Made by a program: the position numbers and the translations under genes. Shown here one piece after another: positions 26,057-35,497 of a stretch of DNA of 64,000 bases (positions are counted from its first letter, which is position 1; every line of letters begins with the position of its first letter). The stretch comes from a bacterium (GTDB lineage Bacteria; Patescibacteriota; UBA1384; 2-12-FULL-50-11): contig JAJTYJ010000002.1 in NCBI GenBank assembly GCA_021463485.1, positions 32,673-96,672 of the forward strand, in the 5' to 3' direction. The notes below the pieces were generated by a model. It was given only the letters and a program-made list of their open reading frames with translations. It was not told the origin of the DNA and searched no databases.

Positions 26057-28919
26057 GTTTGTTGGTAAAAAATTTCCGTCGTTATTTGCGATGGAAGAGT
26101 CGGTGCTCGATTTTTGGCAACGAGACAAAACCTACGAAAAGTCGTTAGAGCAAACTAAAAATGGCGAGGTTTTCTCGTTCTACGACGGCCCGCCGTTTAT
26201 TACCGGCATTCCACACTACGCGACGCTGTTGCCAAGTATCGCCAAAGACGTCGTGCCGAGGTTCCAAACGATGAAAGGGCGTTTTGTACGTAGAACTTGG
26301 GGTTGGGATGTTCACGGATTGCCTGCTGAGAATCAGGTCGAGAAAAAACTCGGGCTGAAATCAAAAAAAGATATACAGACACTGGGTCTGGATAAGTTTA
26401 TCGAGGAGTGCCGTCAGTACGTTTCGGAAGTATCGGGTGCCTGGCGCTGGTATATCGACCATATCGGTCGATGGGCGGATATCGACAACGCGTATCGAAC
26501 CGACAATCTCAACTATATGGAGTCGGTGATGGCGATGTTTAAGCAACTGTACGAACAGGAATTAATTTACCGAGGCCGTCGGGTGTCGTTGTACTGTCCG
26601 CGCTGCGCTACGCCGCTGTCGAAATTTGAGATTACGATGGACGACGGGAACTACAAAGACGTCGAGGATCCAGCCGTTACGGTTTCGTTCCGACTTTTAA
26701 ACGACGATGTGTACCTACTTGCTTGGACAACGACGCCGTGGACGCTACCAGCCAACCTAGCGTTGGCAGTGGACGAGAACGCTGAGTACGTTAAGGTTTC
26801 AGACGGTACTAAACAGTACATTTTGGCGCACCAAGCGCTCGAGCGCTACCAGGACGGATCGCTCGAGGTGATAGAGTACCTCAAAGGTAGCTCGCTCGTA
26901 GGTGAGTCTTACGAGCCGCTTTACACTTTTTTGCCGATCAATGCGGACAAAGATTACAAAGTTCTGCCGGGAACATTTGTTTCGATGGACGAAGGTACCG
27001 GCATTGTTCATATCGCGCCAGGTTTTGGCGAGGACGATACCAAATTAGGCGAAGCGAACGGTTTATCGATGCACGAAACGCTCGACGCGGAGGGCCACTT
27101 TGTAACCGAGGTGAAGCCGTGGGCGGGGATGTATTACAAAAAAGCTAACGATCCGATCACGGAAGATCTTCGTTCGAGAAACCACCTGTTTAAAGAAGAG
27201 CGAATTACGCACTCATATCCGCATTGTTATCGTTGTCAGACGCCGCTTATCTACAAAGCTCAAGTTTCTTGGTATCTGCGTCTGGACCCAATTCGAGATC
27301 AGCTAATTGCGACCAATAAAGACATTAACTGGGTGCCGAAACACTTCGGACCCGGCCGGTTCTTGCACAATTTAGAGAATGCGCCCGATTGGTCGCTGTC
27401 GCGAACCCGTTACTGGGGCTCGCCGATTCCGGTGTGGCAGACCGAAGACGGTGAAATGTTTGTGGCGGGTTCGATCGCTGAGCTCGAGAAGCTCTCCGGT
27501 CAAAAAATTACCGATTTACACCGACCAGCCATCGATAATGTGGTTTTAACACTGCCCTCCGGCAAAAAGGCGACGCGCGTTGAAGAAGTACTAGACTGTT
27601 GGTTCGAGTCTGGCGCTATGCCGTACGCACAGGATCACTATCCGTTTGAAAATAAGCAGTTGTTCGAACGCCACTTTCCGGCGGATTTCATTATCGAGTA
27701 TACCGGGCAGTTGCGCGGCTGGTTTTACTACTTACACGTGCTCTCAAACGCCTTTCGAAAAAGCGTGGCTTTCAAAAACGTCGTCGTTACTGGGGTGCTT
27801 ATGGGCAACGACGGTCGCAAGATGAGCAAATCGTACGGTAACTATCCGGATCCGAAAGCGACAATCGAGAAATACGGCGCCGAGGCGATTCGACTGTATT
27901 TTATGGGCAGTAAAATTATGAGCGGCGAAGACGTAGCGATTACGGAAGACGAGATCCGTGAGCAATCGCGCTTACTGAATGTGTTACACAACAGTTATCA
28001 CTATTTTCTTACCTACGCAGCGCTTCACAGTTGGGAGCCAACTTCATTAGATAAAAGCAATTTACTCGATCGCTGGATTAGTACGCGGGCTGAACAGTTG
28101 GTTGACGAAATTAATAGCAATTTAAGCTCGCTTAGCCTTCAAGCCGCCACGAAAGCGATTCGGCCGTTTATCGAGGATTTGTCTACTTGGTATATCCGTC
28201 GCAATCGAGATCGTTTTGTTGCTGGCGACAAGGCCGCGCTCCAAACCCTCTACGAAGTAATGCATCTATTCAGTCGGGCGATCGCCCCGATTCTACCGTT
28301 CTCGGCCGAGGTAATCTTCCAAGGTCTCGAGCGCGCCGAACAATCTGTTCACCTCCAGTCGTTCCCTGAACCAAACGTCGTTGGCGTAGAGGAGAATCAA
28401 GAGCTACTAGAAAAAATGGAGCTGGTTCGTTCGATCTGCTCAAACGGTAATATGCTGCGAAGCCAAGCCGGTGTGTCGCTTCGCCAGCCGCTCGCCGCTG
28501 TCCGCCTTTTTGGCTACAAGGAACTTGAAAACGAACCAGAGTACCAAGCGATCATTACAGACGAGCTCAACGTTAAAGCCATCGAGTTTGGCCCGGTTAA
28601 AAAAAGTTGGGTTAAGTTGGAAGACCGCGGCAAAGAGATCGGACTTGATACTACAGTTACTGCCGAACTTGCTGCTGAAGGAAGATATCGTGAATTGCTC
28701 CGCAAGCTTCAAGATGCCCGCAAGAAGGCTGGTTTGAACGTCGGAGAGAGGGTCTCGGCTAAAATCTTTGCAGAAGGAAATGCTCTAGAAATTATAAAGC
28801 AGTTTTCTACTGATCTTACCAAGGCTGCTTCGCTCCAGAACCTTGAGCTACTCCCCGATAATTCTGAAGAATTAACCCAGCTTCCAGACGAAGACATCTG
28901 GTACAAATTCGGCAACTAA
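26043..28919 (+). CDS. ileS: isoleucyl-tRNA synthetase (type 2)
   Basis: FYDGPPFITGIPHYATLL aligns to the type-2 IleRS HIGH region. Also WGWDVHGLP, the editing domain, and KMSKSYGN. 958 aa. Confidence 0.9.
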   Translation: MPERKFVGKKFPSLFAMEESVLDFWQRDKTYEKSLEQTKNGEVFSFYDGPPFITGIPHYATLLPSIAKDVVPRFQTMKGRFVRRTWGWDVHGLPAENQVEKKLGLKSKKDIQTLGLDKFIEECRQYVSEVSGAWRWYIDHIGRWADIDNAYRTDNLNYMESVMAMFKQLYEQELIYRGRRVSLYCPRCATPLSKFEITMDDGNYKDVEDPAVTVSFRLLNDDVYLLAWTTTPWTLPANLALAVDENAEYVKVSDGTKQYILAHQALERYQDGSLEVIEYLKGSSLVGESYEPLYTFLPINADKDYKVLPGTFVSMDEGTGIVHIAPGFGEDDTKLGEANGLSMHETLDAEGHFVTEVKPWAGMYYKKANDPITEDLRSRNHLFKEERITHSYPHCYRCQTPLIYKAQVSWYLRLDPIRDQLIATNKDINWVPKHFGPGRFLHNLENAPDWSLSRTRYWGSPIPVWQTEDGEMFVAGSIAELEKLSGQKITDLHRPAIDNVVLTLPSGKKATRVEEVLDCWFESGAMPYAQDHYPFENKQLFERHFPADFIIEYTGQLRGWFYYLHVLSNAFRKSVAFKNVVVTGVLMGNDGRKMSKSYGNYPDPKATIEKYGAEAIRLYFMGSKIMSGEDVAITEDEIREQSRLLNVLHNSYHYFLTYAALHSWEPTSLDKSNLLDRWISTRAEQLVDEINSNLSSLSLQAATKAIRPFIEDLSTWYIRRNRDRFVAGDKAALQTLYEVMHLFSRAIAPILPFSAEVIFQGLERAEQSVHLQSFPEPNVVGVEENQELLEKMELVRSICSNGNMLRSQAGVSLRQPLAAVRLFGYKELENEPEYQAIITDELNVKAIEFGPVKKSWVKLEDRGKEIGLDTTVTAELAAEGRYRELLRKLQDARKKAGLNVGERVSAKIFAEGNALEIIKQFSTDLTKAASLQNLELLPDNSEELTQLPDEDIWYKFGN

Positions 28920-28963
28920 GTACCGCTTTCGCTCGAGGTAAGTTCGGTTACAATAAGGACGGA

Positions 28964-29635
28964 ATGATGACTACGGCGCAGTACGTCGCTGCGTTTATTT
29001 CTTGGGTACTCTTAAAGACTTTTACACGTTTTGAAATTCTAGGTAGAGAAAATCTTAAAGAGGTGTCGCGCCCATTTATTGTTGTATCTAATCACGAGAG
29101 CCATCTAGATCCGCAGTTAACAGGAGTAGCGTTACTGTATCGACCGTCGTTATATCCACTAAGGTTTATGGCGAAAAACGAGCTGTTCCGAATCCCGTTA
29201 TTAAATGTAGTTATTTGGTTGTTAGGGGCGTTCAAAGCGCATCGCAAACAAGGAATAGGTAAGTCGCTTCTAACCCCAACTAAAATCCTAGAAAAAGGCG
29301 GCTCCGTTATTCTGTTCCCAGAAGGAAAAATTATTCCTGAGCGACCAAAGCTTGGTGAGGGGCGACGCGGCGCAGCGATTTTGGCGCTAACTACCCGGGC
29401 AGCGCTTTTGCCAATCTCGCTTCATACACCGCACGGCTTAACGCCGTGGCGATTTATTGCGACTCGCCCAAAGATTGTTATTCGTATTGGCACACCGTTT
29501 TACCTGAACAACTTAGATTACCCAGATTTCTCCGATGAAAATACGTACAGAGCTACCCAAGAAATAATGCAAAAAATCGCGGATTTATACTACGAACACG
29601 ATTATTTACCCGTAAATAAAAAAAGCCCCAAATAG
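28964..29635 (+). CDS. plsC: 1-acyl-sn-glycerol-3-phosphate acyltransferase-like (PlsC family)
   Basis: HX4D motif VVSNHESHLDP and the FPEGK motif. Confidence 0.8.
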   Translation: MMTTAQYVAAFISWVLLKTFTRFEILGRENLKEVSRPFIVVSNHESHLDPQLTGVALLYRPSLYPLRFMAKNELFRIPLLNVVIWLLGAFKAHRKQGIGKSLLTPTKILEKGGSVILFPEGKIIPERPKLGEGRRGAAILALTTRAALLPISLHTPHGLTPWRFIATRPKIVIRIGTPFYLNNLDYPDFSDENTYRATQEIMQKIADLYYEHDYLPVNKKSPK

Positions 29636-29639
29636 GGGC
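29616..29639 (-). terminator. rho-independent terminator for the minus-strand three-gene operon (hairpin shared with plsC 3' end)
   Basis: GCCCC-AAATA-GGGGC hairpin at 29625-29639. An A7 run on the plus strand becomes a U7 run after the hairpin on the minus strand. Confidence 0.55.
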
Positions 29640-29643
29640 GGGG

Positions 29644-30255
29644 TTACTGGTCGAGTAGCCTTAAAACTTGTCGAACATTCTTACGAACGCTCAACTGGCC
29701 GTTGATGTGATGAAGAGTTGGGAAGTGTTTGCACACTTTACGGTATTGCTCATAGGAGCGAAGGATACTCTCATAGTCCTCAATAGTTGCTGGCAGTCCA
29801 TATGTGCTTCTTCTTTTTGCTCGTTCTATTACTCGACGAGCACATAGCACTGGGTCAGCCATAAATAAGAATATCTCTGAGGGGACAATAGCGCCCGCGC
29901 ACTCGTTCGCTGATAGTATTGCCTCCGGCTGTTGACCATCAAACGACTGGTAAACCATGCTAGTCCAAACAGATCGATCAAAGATGACTATGTTACTTGC
30001 AGAAATTTTGTCTGCTAGGCTAGCGTGAACCTCGGCTCTACATTCAGCAATCTCCTTCACCTTCCTAGCTGTGAATAGCTTTTCTTCGTGCGGAAGATTG
30101 TGCCAAGCAGAGATGTACGAGCGAAGAGGTTCGTGCTCTTTCTCGTTAATTCGTAGGATGTTCAAGCCCCTTTTGTCTAGTATTGATGATACTATCCTGC
30201 AACACGTGGTCTTCCCGGCGCCACTGACGCCCTCAAATGCGATTATTCTCGGCAT
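29644..30255 (-). CDS. thymidylate kinase-like P-loop nucleotide kinase
   Basis: Walker A IAFEGVSGAGKTT. Tmk-like blocks LFTARKVKEIAECRAEVHASL, IVIFDRSVWTSMVYQ and ADPVLCARRVIERAKR. Island-type codon usage (AGA/AGG/ATA/CTA). Confidence 0.7.
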   Translation of the reverse strand: MPRIIAFEGVSGAGKTTCCRIVSSILDKRGLNILRINEKEHEPLRSYISAWHNLPHEEKLFTARKVKEIAECRAEVHASLADKISASNIVIFDRSVWTSMVYQSFDGQQPEAILSANECAGAIVPSEIFLFMADPVLCARRVIERAKRRSTYGLPATIEDYESILRSYEQYRKVCKHFPTLHHINGQLSVRKNVRQVLRLLDQ

Positions 30256-30258
30256 ATA

Positions 30259-30849
30259 TTACCTCTTAAGGTGCAGAGTGTCGTTTTGAGTTATTACGTC
30301 AAAGCGACCATCGCTCAATAATATTTCTGTAATTGAGCAATGGTCGATTTGATTAGAGAAAATTGCATCTTGTGCGCTTTGCCCACGCAGCTGCCCAATT
30401 AGCAATTTAATAAATGCGCCGTGACCAACGACAAGTAAATCTCTAGCGTTCTCACTGGTTAAAATTGCTAAGAACTCTCTTATTCTTTGCTGAACATCAC
30501 TAATACTCTCCCCACCTGGGGGCTTTCTCGTCTCAAAGTCTCCAGCAAGTTTGTCCCATACTACTTCCCCAAACTTCTTTCCTTTAAATTCTCCAGCGTC
30601 TTTTTCTCTGAGGAGCTTTAAATACCGAATTATGTGCGTTCTTCCAGAAAGAAGGTATTTAGCTGTTTCCCTAGTTCTTGCCAGATCACTTACCAGTGCC
30701 TTATCAAACCGATACTTGTCAAGGCGTCTTCTCAACATCCTTACTTGCTCTTTGCCTTCAGCAGTAAAGCCGCCGTAGCTATGTCCGTGAAAGACTCGAT
30801 CTCTGTTTTCAACAGTTTCTGCGTGACGAACAATTATTATCCGCATCAT
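30259..30849 (-). CDS. histidine phosphatase superfamily (phosphoglycerate mutase-like) protein
   Basis: N-terminal RHAET catalytic motif (IIIVRHAETVENRDRVFHGHSYGGFTAEGKEQ) and a distal VVGHGAFI His. Confidence 0.8.
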   Translation of the reverse strand: MMRIIIVRHAETVENRDRVFHGHSYGGFTAEGKEQVRMLRRRLDKYRFDKALVSDLARTRETAKYLLSGRTHIIRYLKLLREKDAGEFKGKKFGEVVWDKLAGDFETRKPPGGESISDVQQRIREFLAILTSENARDLLVVGHGAFIKLLIGQLRGQSAQDAIFSNQIDHCSITEILLSDGRFDVITQNDTLHLKR

Positions 30850-32240
30850 ACTTGGAAATTGGTTTGAGAGTTACCAGCGCTCTTCGCTATCCTAGCCAAC
30901 TGTTTGTAGCGCTCATCTATTTTTGAATTCAATATCAAGCGCAAGGTTTGTTTTGAGGTGTGTGGGTGCTGAGCGACTAGCTTAAGTATGTAGCCGTACT
31001 CCATTTTCCCAAGAACGAATTCAGTAATGCTATGAATAATTGACTGTGGAAGATCATTCAAGCTCAACATACTTGCCATGAATTCCCAGCTCCACTGTTT
31101 TTGTTTACTAATAGACTGTAGTAACTTTTGCGAGTCAATCTTTTCTCCGATCAGCCATAAATTGGCCAGAATAATTTCTGGGCGGTTGTCGGTAAGCGGT
31201 TTAAGAAGTTTGTTCTTTGCAGCTTGCTGCCTTGCTCGTATTATCAGCTTTCCTCTATAGCCAAAGTTTTCAGTAATAAAACCATTCACCAACTTTTCCT
31301 TTATTTTTGCGATTGTACGCATTGAATCGGTAAATTTGTAGAAAGAGCTGTCTGGGAAAAGGTGCCGAATTGTTGTCGATTTTTGTAGTGATTGTAAGTT
31401 AGTTTCTATAAGCGATAGCCCATTATAATCAGTACCTTTATTAATTTTGAGCGCTTCAGAACGCAGCAACATTACGTTTGAAATTGAGCGTAACAGTTTT
31501 TCATACTCTGATCTGTTTACACTTCCATGTTCAAAAAGTAGGGATAGTGAGTTTGTGATACTAATCGGGGGTTGTATCCCTACACTGGTTGCAGTGTGCC
31601 GTGCGATCCAAATAAAAAATAATATGTCCCTCGTTCCGCCAGCCGAGTATTTAACATTAATATAACCGTTTTTTCTTCTCTTTGAGTAGTAATAGTCATA
31701 GCAAAACAGCTGAAAAAGAATGTTTCGCTTGGACCGTTCTAGTGTATTTTGCTTCTTCACCATAGCCCTAAAACTCTTAATCAAGCTTGGATCACCGCAC
31801 ACAATTTTAGACTCGAGTATTTGGTTGCCTTCGACAATGTTGGTTGAGCAAATCTTTGACAGCAGCCTGATTGTCCCCCAATCTGGTATATCAACCTTCG
31901 AATAGCCGAACTTGGCCATCTCGATAGAGAACTGCTTCCTAAACTCTCTTTCTTGTGTCGATTCGCTTCCTGTAATAATTAGGACATCTGCGTCCGAATA
32001 TGCTGCCATTTCCTGACGACCCGCAGAGCCATATATACCTACAGCGACCCTACACTCTGGGAATTTGGCGTAAAGCGAGTAGTAAATGTGTTCAACAGTC
32101 AAGCGGAAGTTTAATGAGTAGTATTTTGCTAATTCGAGACCAACGTATTGGCTCTGAGGAATGATATCCGAGTCTCTCAGAAAAACCGACTGTAATATAT
32201 GGCCGTCTATTCTTTTTTTGGAATCAAATTTCTGTTTCAT
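30846..32240 (-). CDS. GlnD/GlnE-type nucleotidyltransferase domain protein (DUF294-like NTase + substrate-binding region) with C-terminal unknown region
   Basis: Pol-beta NTase signature VAVGIYGSAGRQEMAAYSDADVLII (hG[GS]...D.D). Downstream KYSAGGTRDILFFIWIARH matches the conserved GlnD/GlnE K..GGxRDIEF block. 464 aa. Confidence 0.65.
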   Translation of the reverse strand: MKQKFDSKKRIDGHILQSVFLRDSDIIPQSQYVGLELAKYYSLNFRLTVEHIYYSLYAKFPECRVAVGIYGSAGRQEMAAYSDADVLIITGSESTQEREFRKQFSIEMAKFGYSKVDIPDWGTIRLLSKICSTNIVEGNQILESKIVCGDPSLIKSFRAMVKKQNTLERSKRNILFQLFCYDYYYSKRRKNGYINVKYSAGGTRDILFFIWIARHTATSVGIQPPISITNSLSLLFEHGSVNRSEYEKLLRSISNVMLLRSEALKINKGTDYNGLSLIETNLQSLQKSTTIRHLFPDSSFYKFTDSMRTIAKIKEKLVNGFITENFGYRGKLIIRARQQAAKNKLLKPLTDNRPEIILANLWLIGEKIDSQKLLQSISKQKQWSWEFMASMLSLNDLPQSIIHSITEFVLGKMEYGYILKLVAQHPHTSKQTLRLILNSKIDERYKQLARIAKSAGNSQTNFQV

Positions 32241-32375
32241 CTAGGACATTTTCGAGTGTAAGATGCAACTGGATCCATACTCTTGCGGTACTGTTCCGGT
32301 ATAGATTTAGTTGGGCGAACTCCTGGATGATCGTGCTGCCAGGAAGGAAACTTCCTGAGTACCTTACAGGAGACT

Positions 32376-32459
32376 ATGATGAATTGCCCGAATTGCGATG
32401 AAGAGATGATAGAGGATGACGACGGTTGGGTTTGCCCAAACTGTGGCTACGAAGAGTAA
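32376..32459 (+). CDS. 27-aa zinc-ribbon micro-ORF (MMNCPNCDEEMIEDDDGWVCPNCGYEE)
   Basis: ATG 32376 is preceded by GGAG at a spacing of about 8 nt. Two CPNC (CxxC) motifs 16 residues apart; highly acidic. Below the ORF-track size cut-off. Confidence 0.4.
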   Translation: MMNCPNCDEEMIEDDDGWVCPNCGYEE

Positions 32460-32504
32460 CCAGCTTGGTCGCTGGTGGATACGGCGACCAAGTATAATTA
32501 TTAT

Positions 32505-32897
32505 ATGCAACCTATAAGATATAAATATGGAGAACATAGGCAGGCTTTTTTGGCCGGGCAGCTGGTTGTATATGCGTTATTAATTAGAAACAGAACAAGA
32601 GACATCGCATGTCTAGACACTGGACTTAATAGAAACGATATTAGTAACGGAGGCTTTGTAGAGCTAAAGCAACTTGCTAAGGGGTATGGCTGTGAAGTTG
32701 CATTGAGTAAGCATGGCGAAGACAGATACTTACTACATGTCTACAGGAAAGACGCCGCAGAAAAGATGCGGGAAATGGATAGGGTTATACAGAGTTATCG
32801 CAGCGGGAAATTGTCCCGAGAAAGTTACGTCTGCCGCACTGGGGAAATATACGGCTATCCAGGTGAATCGATTAAATGGTTTCTCAAGAAAAAGTAA
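32505..32897 (+). CDS. hypothetical protein (~130 aa)
   Basis: ORF with island-type codon usage and no recognisable motif. An alternative GTG start is at 32475. Confidence 0.35.
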   Translation: MQPIRYKYGEHRQAFLAGQLVVYALLIRNRTRDIACLDTGLNRNDISNGGFVELKQLAKGYGCEVALSKHGEDRYLLHVYRKDAAEKMREMDRVIQSYRSGKLSRESYVCRTGEIYGYPGESIKWFLKKK

Positions 32898-32919
32898 TGA
32901 TTTCTATTTTTCCTAATTA

Positions 32920-34089
32920 ATGACTGAAATTCATTTTGTAAGGCTACCTCGAAAAAGCAATGAAGTATTTATTCGCGTTTTTACCAATGCGGGCCGGGAT
33001 AGCGAGAATAGGGATAATCAAGGGATTGGTCACCTACTTGACCACTATATAAACGGCGGGATTTTTCAGAAACATTACAATCTGGATACTAACGCATACA
33101 TCGATAGGGACTTTCTGTGGTTCTCGCTGAATACGACAAAGAAAAAACTTTTTAAGCAGTTGGAAAATTTTTTGCTATATGTCACTAAGCCAGATTTTAC
33201 TCAAGAGGAATTGCTGAATTTCGAGAAGCAGGCGTTAATCAACGAAATGAAATCCAGTGAAGCGGTGTTATACAACAAGCTATTTCAAGGTGTGGTCACG
33301 AAAACGCTCGCACATTATAGTAGTGTTTATAGGGAGATCGAGAATGTGCCTAGGTTTCAGCTTGGTGAGCTTGCACAGTACCATCGGGGGATAATAAATC
33401 AAGGCCCAGTCACGGTTATAGTCGGATATAACGGTTTGTCAAAAAAAGATCGACACCACATCTCTTCTTTGGTTAGCAGTAACTTTCCAGATAATTCTAA
33501 AAGTGTCATTCCTAGTTTCGTGACAGTTGGACCTCGCATTGAAAGTGTTGAGGAATTACCAAGTGATGCTAAGGGACAAGTACTAATTTACTTGGCGATG
33601 AAAACGTTTGGGTACTGCGATGAAAGAGAGAAGAGAATAGCCGTAAACCTTGCACTGCGTGAGCTGCGTGGACATTCAAAACACAGTCCGTTCCTTATGT
33701 TACGAAAGTTAGGTGTCTACTCGTTGGATTACAATCACTGGATAGGCCTTAGTTATGGGCAAGCCGTTATATCAATTGTATGTATGCCTCATGTGGTTGA
33801 TGAAGCGACAAATATACTAATGAGCTCGCTGAAGCATTTATCAGAGATGGGGTTGTCTAAGGCTGTAATAGAAAAGCATAAGAGAAGAAATAGTGAATAT
33901 TTTAAACAAATACAACAGAACAATGGTGAGTACTTCAGTAACGCACTAGACGATATTTTATACGAAGGCAAAGAGTTGAATTACAAGGAACATATGATTA
34001 GTTTCAAAAATATCACGCCAGAGATGACCAGAAGGATATATTCTGAGATATTCGCACCAAGCAACCTTTCAAAAATTATTTATAAGTAA
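32920..34089 (+). CDS. M16-family peptidase homolog with variant zinc motif (HxxDH)
   Basis: GIGHLLDHYINGG aligns with the GIAHFLEHMVFKGT of the canonical M16 gene at 1404, but the Glu is replaced by Asp. 389 aa, matching the single-domain M16 size. Confidence 0.55.
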   Translation: MTEIHFVRLPRKSNEVFIRVFTNAGRDSENRDNQGIGHLLDHYINGGIFQKHYNLDTNAYIDRDFLWFSLNTTKKKLFKQLENFLLYVTKPDFTQEELLNFEKQALINEMKSSEAVLYNKLFQGVVTKTLAHYSSVYREIENVPRFQLGELAQYHRGIINQGPVTVIVGYNGLSKKDRHHISSLVSSNFPDNSKSVIPSFVTVGPRIESVEELPSDAKGQVLIYLAMKTFGYCDEREKRIAVNLALRELRGHSKHSPFLMLRKLGVYSLDYNHWIGLSYGQAVISIVCMPHVVDEATNILMSSLKHLSEMGLSKAVIEKHKRRNSEYFKQIQQNNGEYFSNALDDILYEGKELNYKEHMISFKNITPEMTRRIYSEIFAPSNLSKIIYK

Positions 34090-34094
34090 TTGTA

Positions 34095-35474
34095 CTAATT
34101 GGAGTGTCTTTCCAGGTAGCTTAGCCTCCATGCTAAGTCGTGGATTGCTTCTTTCTTTAACGCAATGAAAGCGTTTCTGGATGTAGCTGTATAGTCGCTC
34201 ATCGACTCAATTCTAAATAACGGCTTTCGTGTTTGGTTCTCGCCGGCGAGTATCTTCATCGGGTACCCGTCGAACCCCAACTCCCAAAGAATCTGACCCT
34301 CCTCAGCACTGTCGAGCGCCAACATCTTAAGCATTTGATACTTCAGATTCTGCTTCGTGCGCCTTGGGTAATCTGACTGTTTAAAGTATTCGATCGCTTC
34401 ACGAACAATAGCCTGGGCTGCGTCTACTAATTTTCCATTATTGGCAGCTTGTTTCGTCATTTTAAATTTAGTTAGAGGATTTACTTCTAGCTTTTCTGGT
34501 ACATGAAAATCTTTTATTAAGTTGCTGACGTCCGAATCTGTAATTAGTGAGAATCCTTTTCCGGTGTTATATAGTAAGTCCCTTAAGAAAGTTGTGAACC
34601 AATCATAGAAGCTGTGAGAGAAGATATAAAAGAACACAAATGCACCAAGTATTGCTTGAGCGTTTCGACCCATTTCAGGAATAATATGTTGGCTGAAAAC
34701 CATAGCTGGTAATAATGTTATTAAGGCAATCGCGCAAGACAAGTAGATAAACTCTTTAATTTCAAACAACCCCTCAATGTCGGAGATTAGGCCATAGTAG
34801 AAAATCGACACTGCAATAAAAAATACAGGCACAATAAGCAGGGGTGAGGTTGAGTAGACGGCGAGGAAGTAGTTGTCGGTTTGATATACATAGACTAAAA
34901 ACAACCCTGAAATAATGTAGAGCACAGAGGCAATGATGGGTAATAAAAACTTAGTTCTCCTTCGACTATCATTCTCTTTACTGCGCGCAGTTATGTAGGT
35001 GTAGAGTGATACAGACATAGCCCACACCACGATTAGCGCTATTGCATTAAACAACGGACCCCTCTTGTAAAACTCACCAAAACTCTCGTCTGAAATTAAT
35101 AGGGAGCTGTAGTCTATAACTAGATTTGAAGTACTGGAGAGTATTATGAGCAGAATAGCGATGGAATATATAAACCATAATTGTATCCAAATGGATTTTT
35201 TGTAATTCTGTGTTACTAGTAAAGCAAAATGGAGCAGCAGGGGGATGGGCAAGATGTATGACCAATTCGTAAGATGGTACAGGAATATTGAGGTGAGCTG
35301 GTCATCTGTGAAAAGAGGGGTAATCGCATCCACGACGAGTATGTACCAACTCAAACTAAAAAGAAAAAAGAAAATCACCCAAGCAGTTTTGCTCCGTATA
35401 TTCCTACTAACCAAGTAAACACCAACCCAAAACAAAAAAGCACTAACGATAAACTGGAACCAGAATAGAGACAT
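34095..35474 (-). CDS. 7TM receptor-like membrane protein (HisKA_7TM-like N-terminal domain) with ~170-aa cytoplasmic C-terminal domain of unknown function
   Basis: About 7-8 TM helices. The N-terminal LVSRNIRSKTAWVIFF resembles the FSNPIAAVNRVFGLL of the adjacent kinase's sensor. The C-terminal soluble domain has no kinase motifs. Confidence 0.55.
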   Translation of the reverse strand: MSLFWFQFIVSAFLFWVGVYLVSRNIRSKTAWVIFFFLFSLSWYILVVDAITPLFTDDQLTSIFLYHLTNWSYILPIPLLLHFALLVTQNYKKSIWIQLWFIYSIAILLIILSSTSNLVIDYSSLLISDESFGEFYKRGPLFNAIALIVVWAMSVSLYTYITARSKENDSRRRTKFLLPIIASVLYIISGLFLVYVYQTDNYFLAVYSTSPLLIVPVFFIAVSIFYYGLISDIEGLFEIKEFIYLSCAIALITLLPAMVFSQHIIPEMGRNAQAILGAFVFFYIFSHSFYDWFTTFLRDLLYNTGKGFSLITDSDVSNLIKDFHVPEKLEVNPLTKFKMTKQAANNGKLVDAAQAIVREAIEYFKQSDYPRRTKQNLKYQMLKMLALDSAEEGQILWELGFDGYPMKILAGENQTRKPLFRIESMSDYTATSRNAFIALKKEAIHDLAWRLSYLERHSN

Positions 35475-35497
35475 TTCTTATATAACTTATAGTAATT

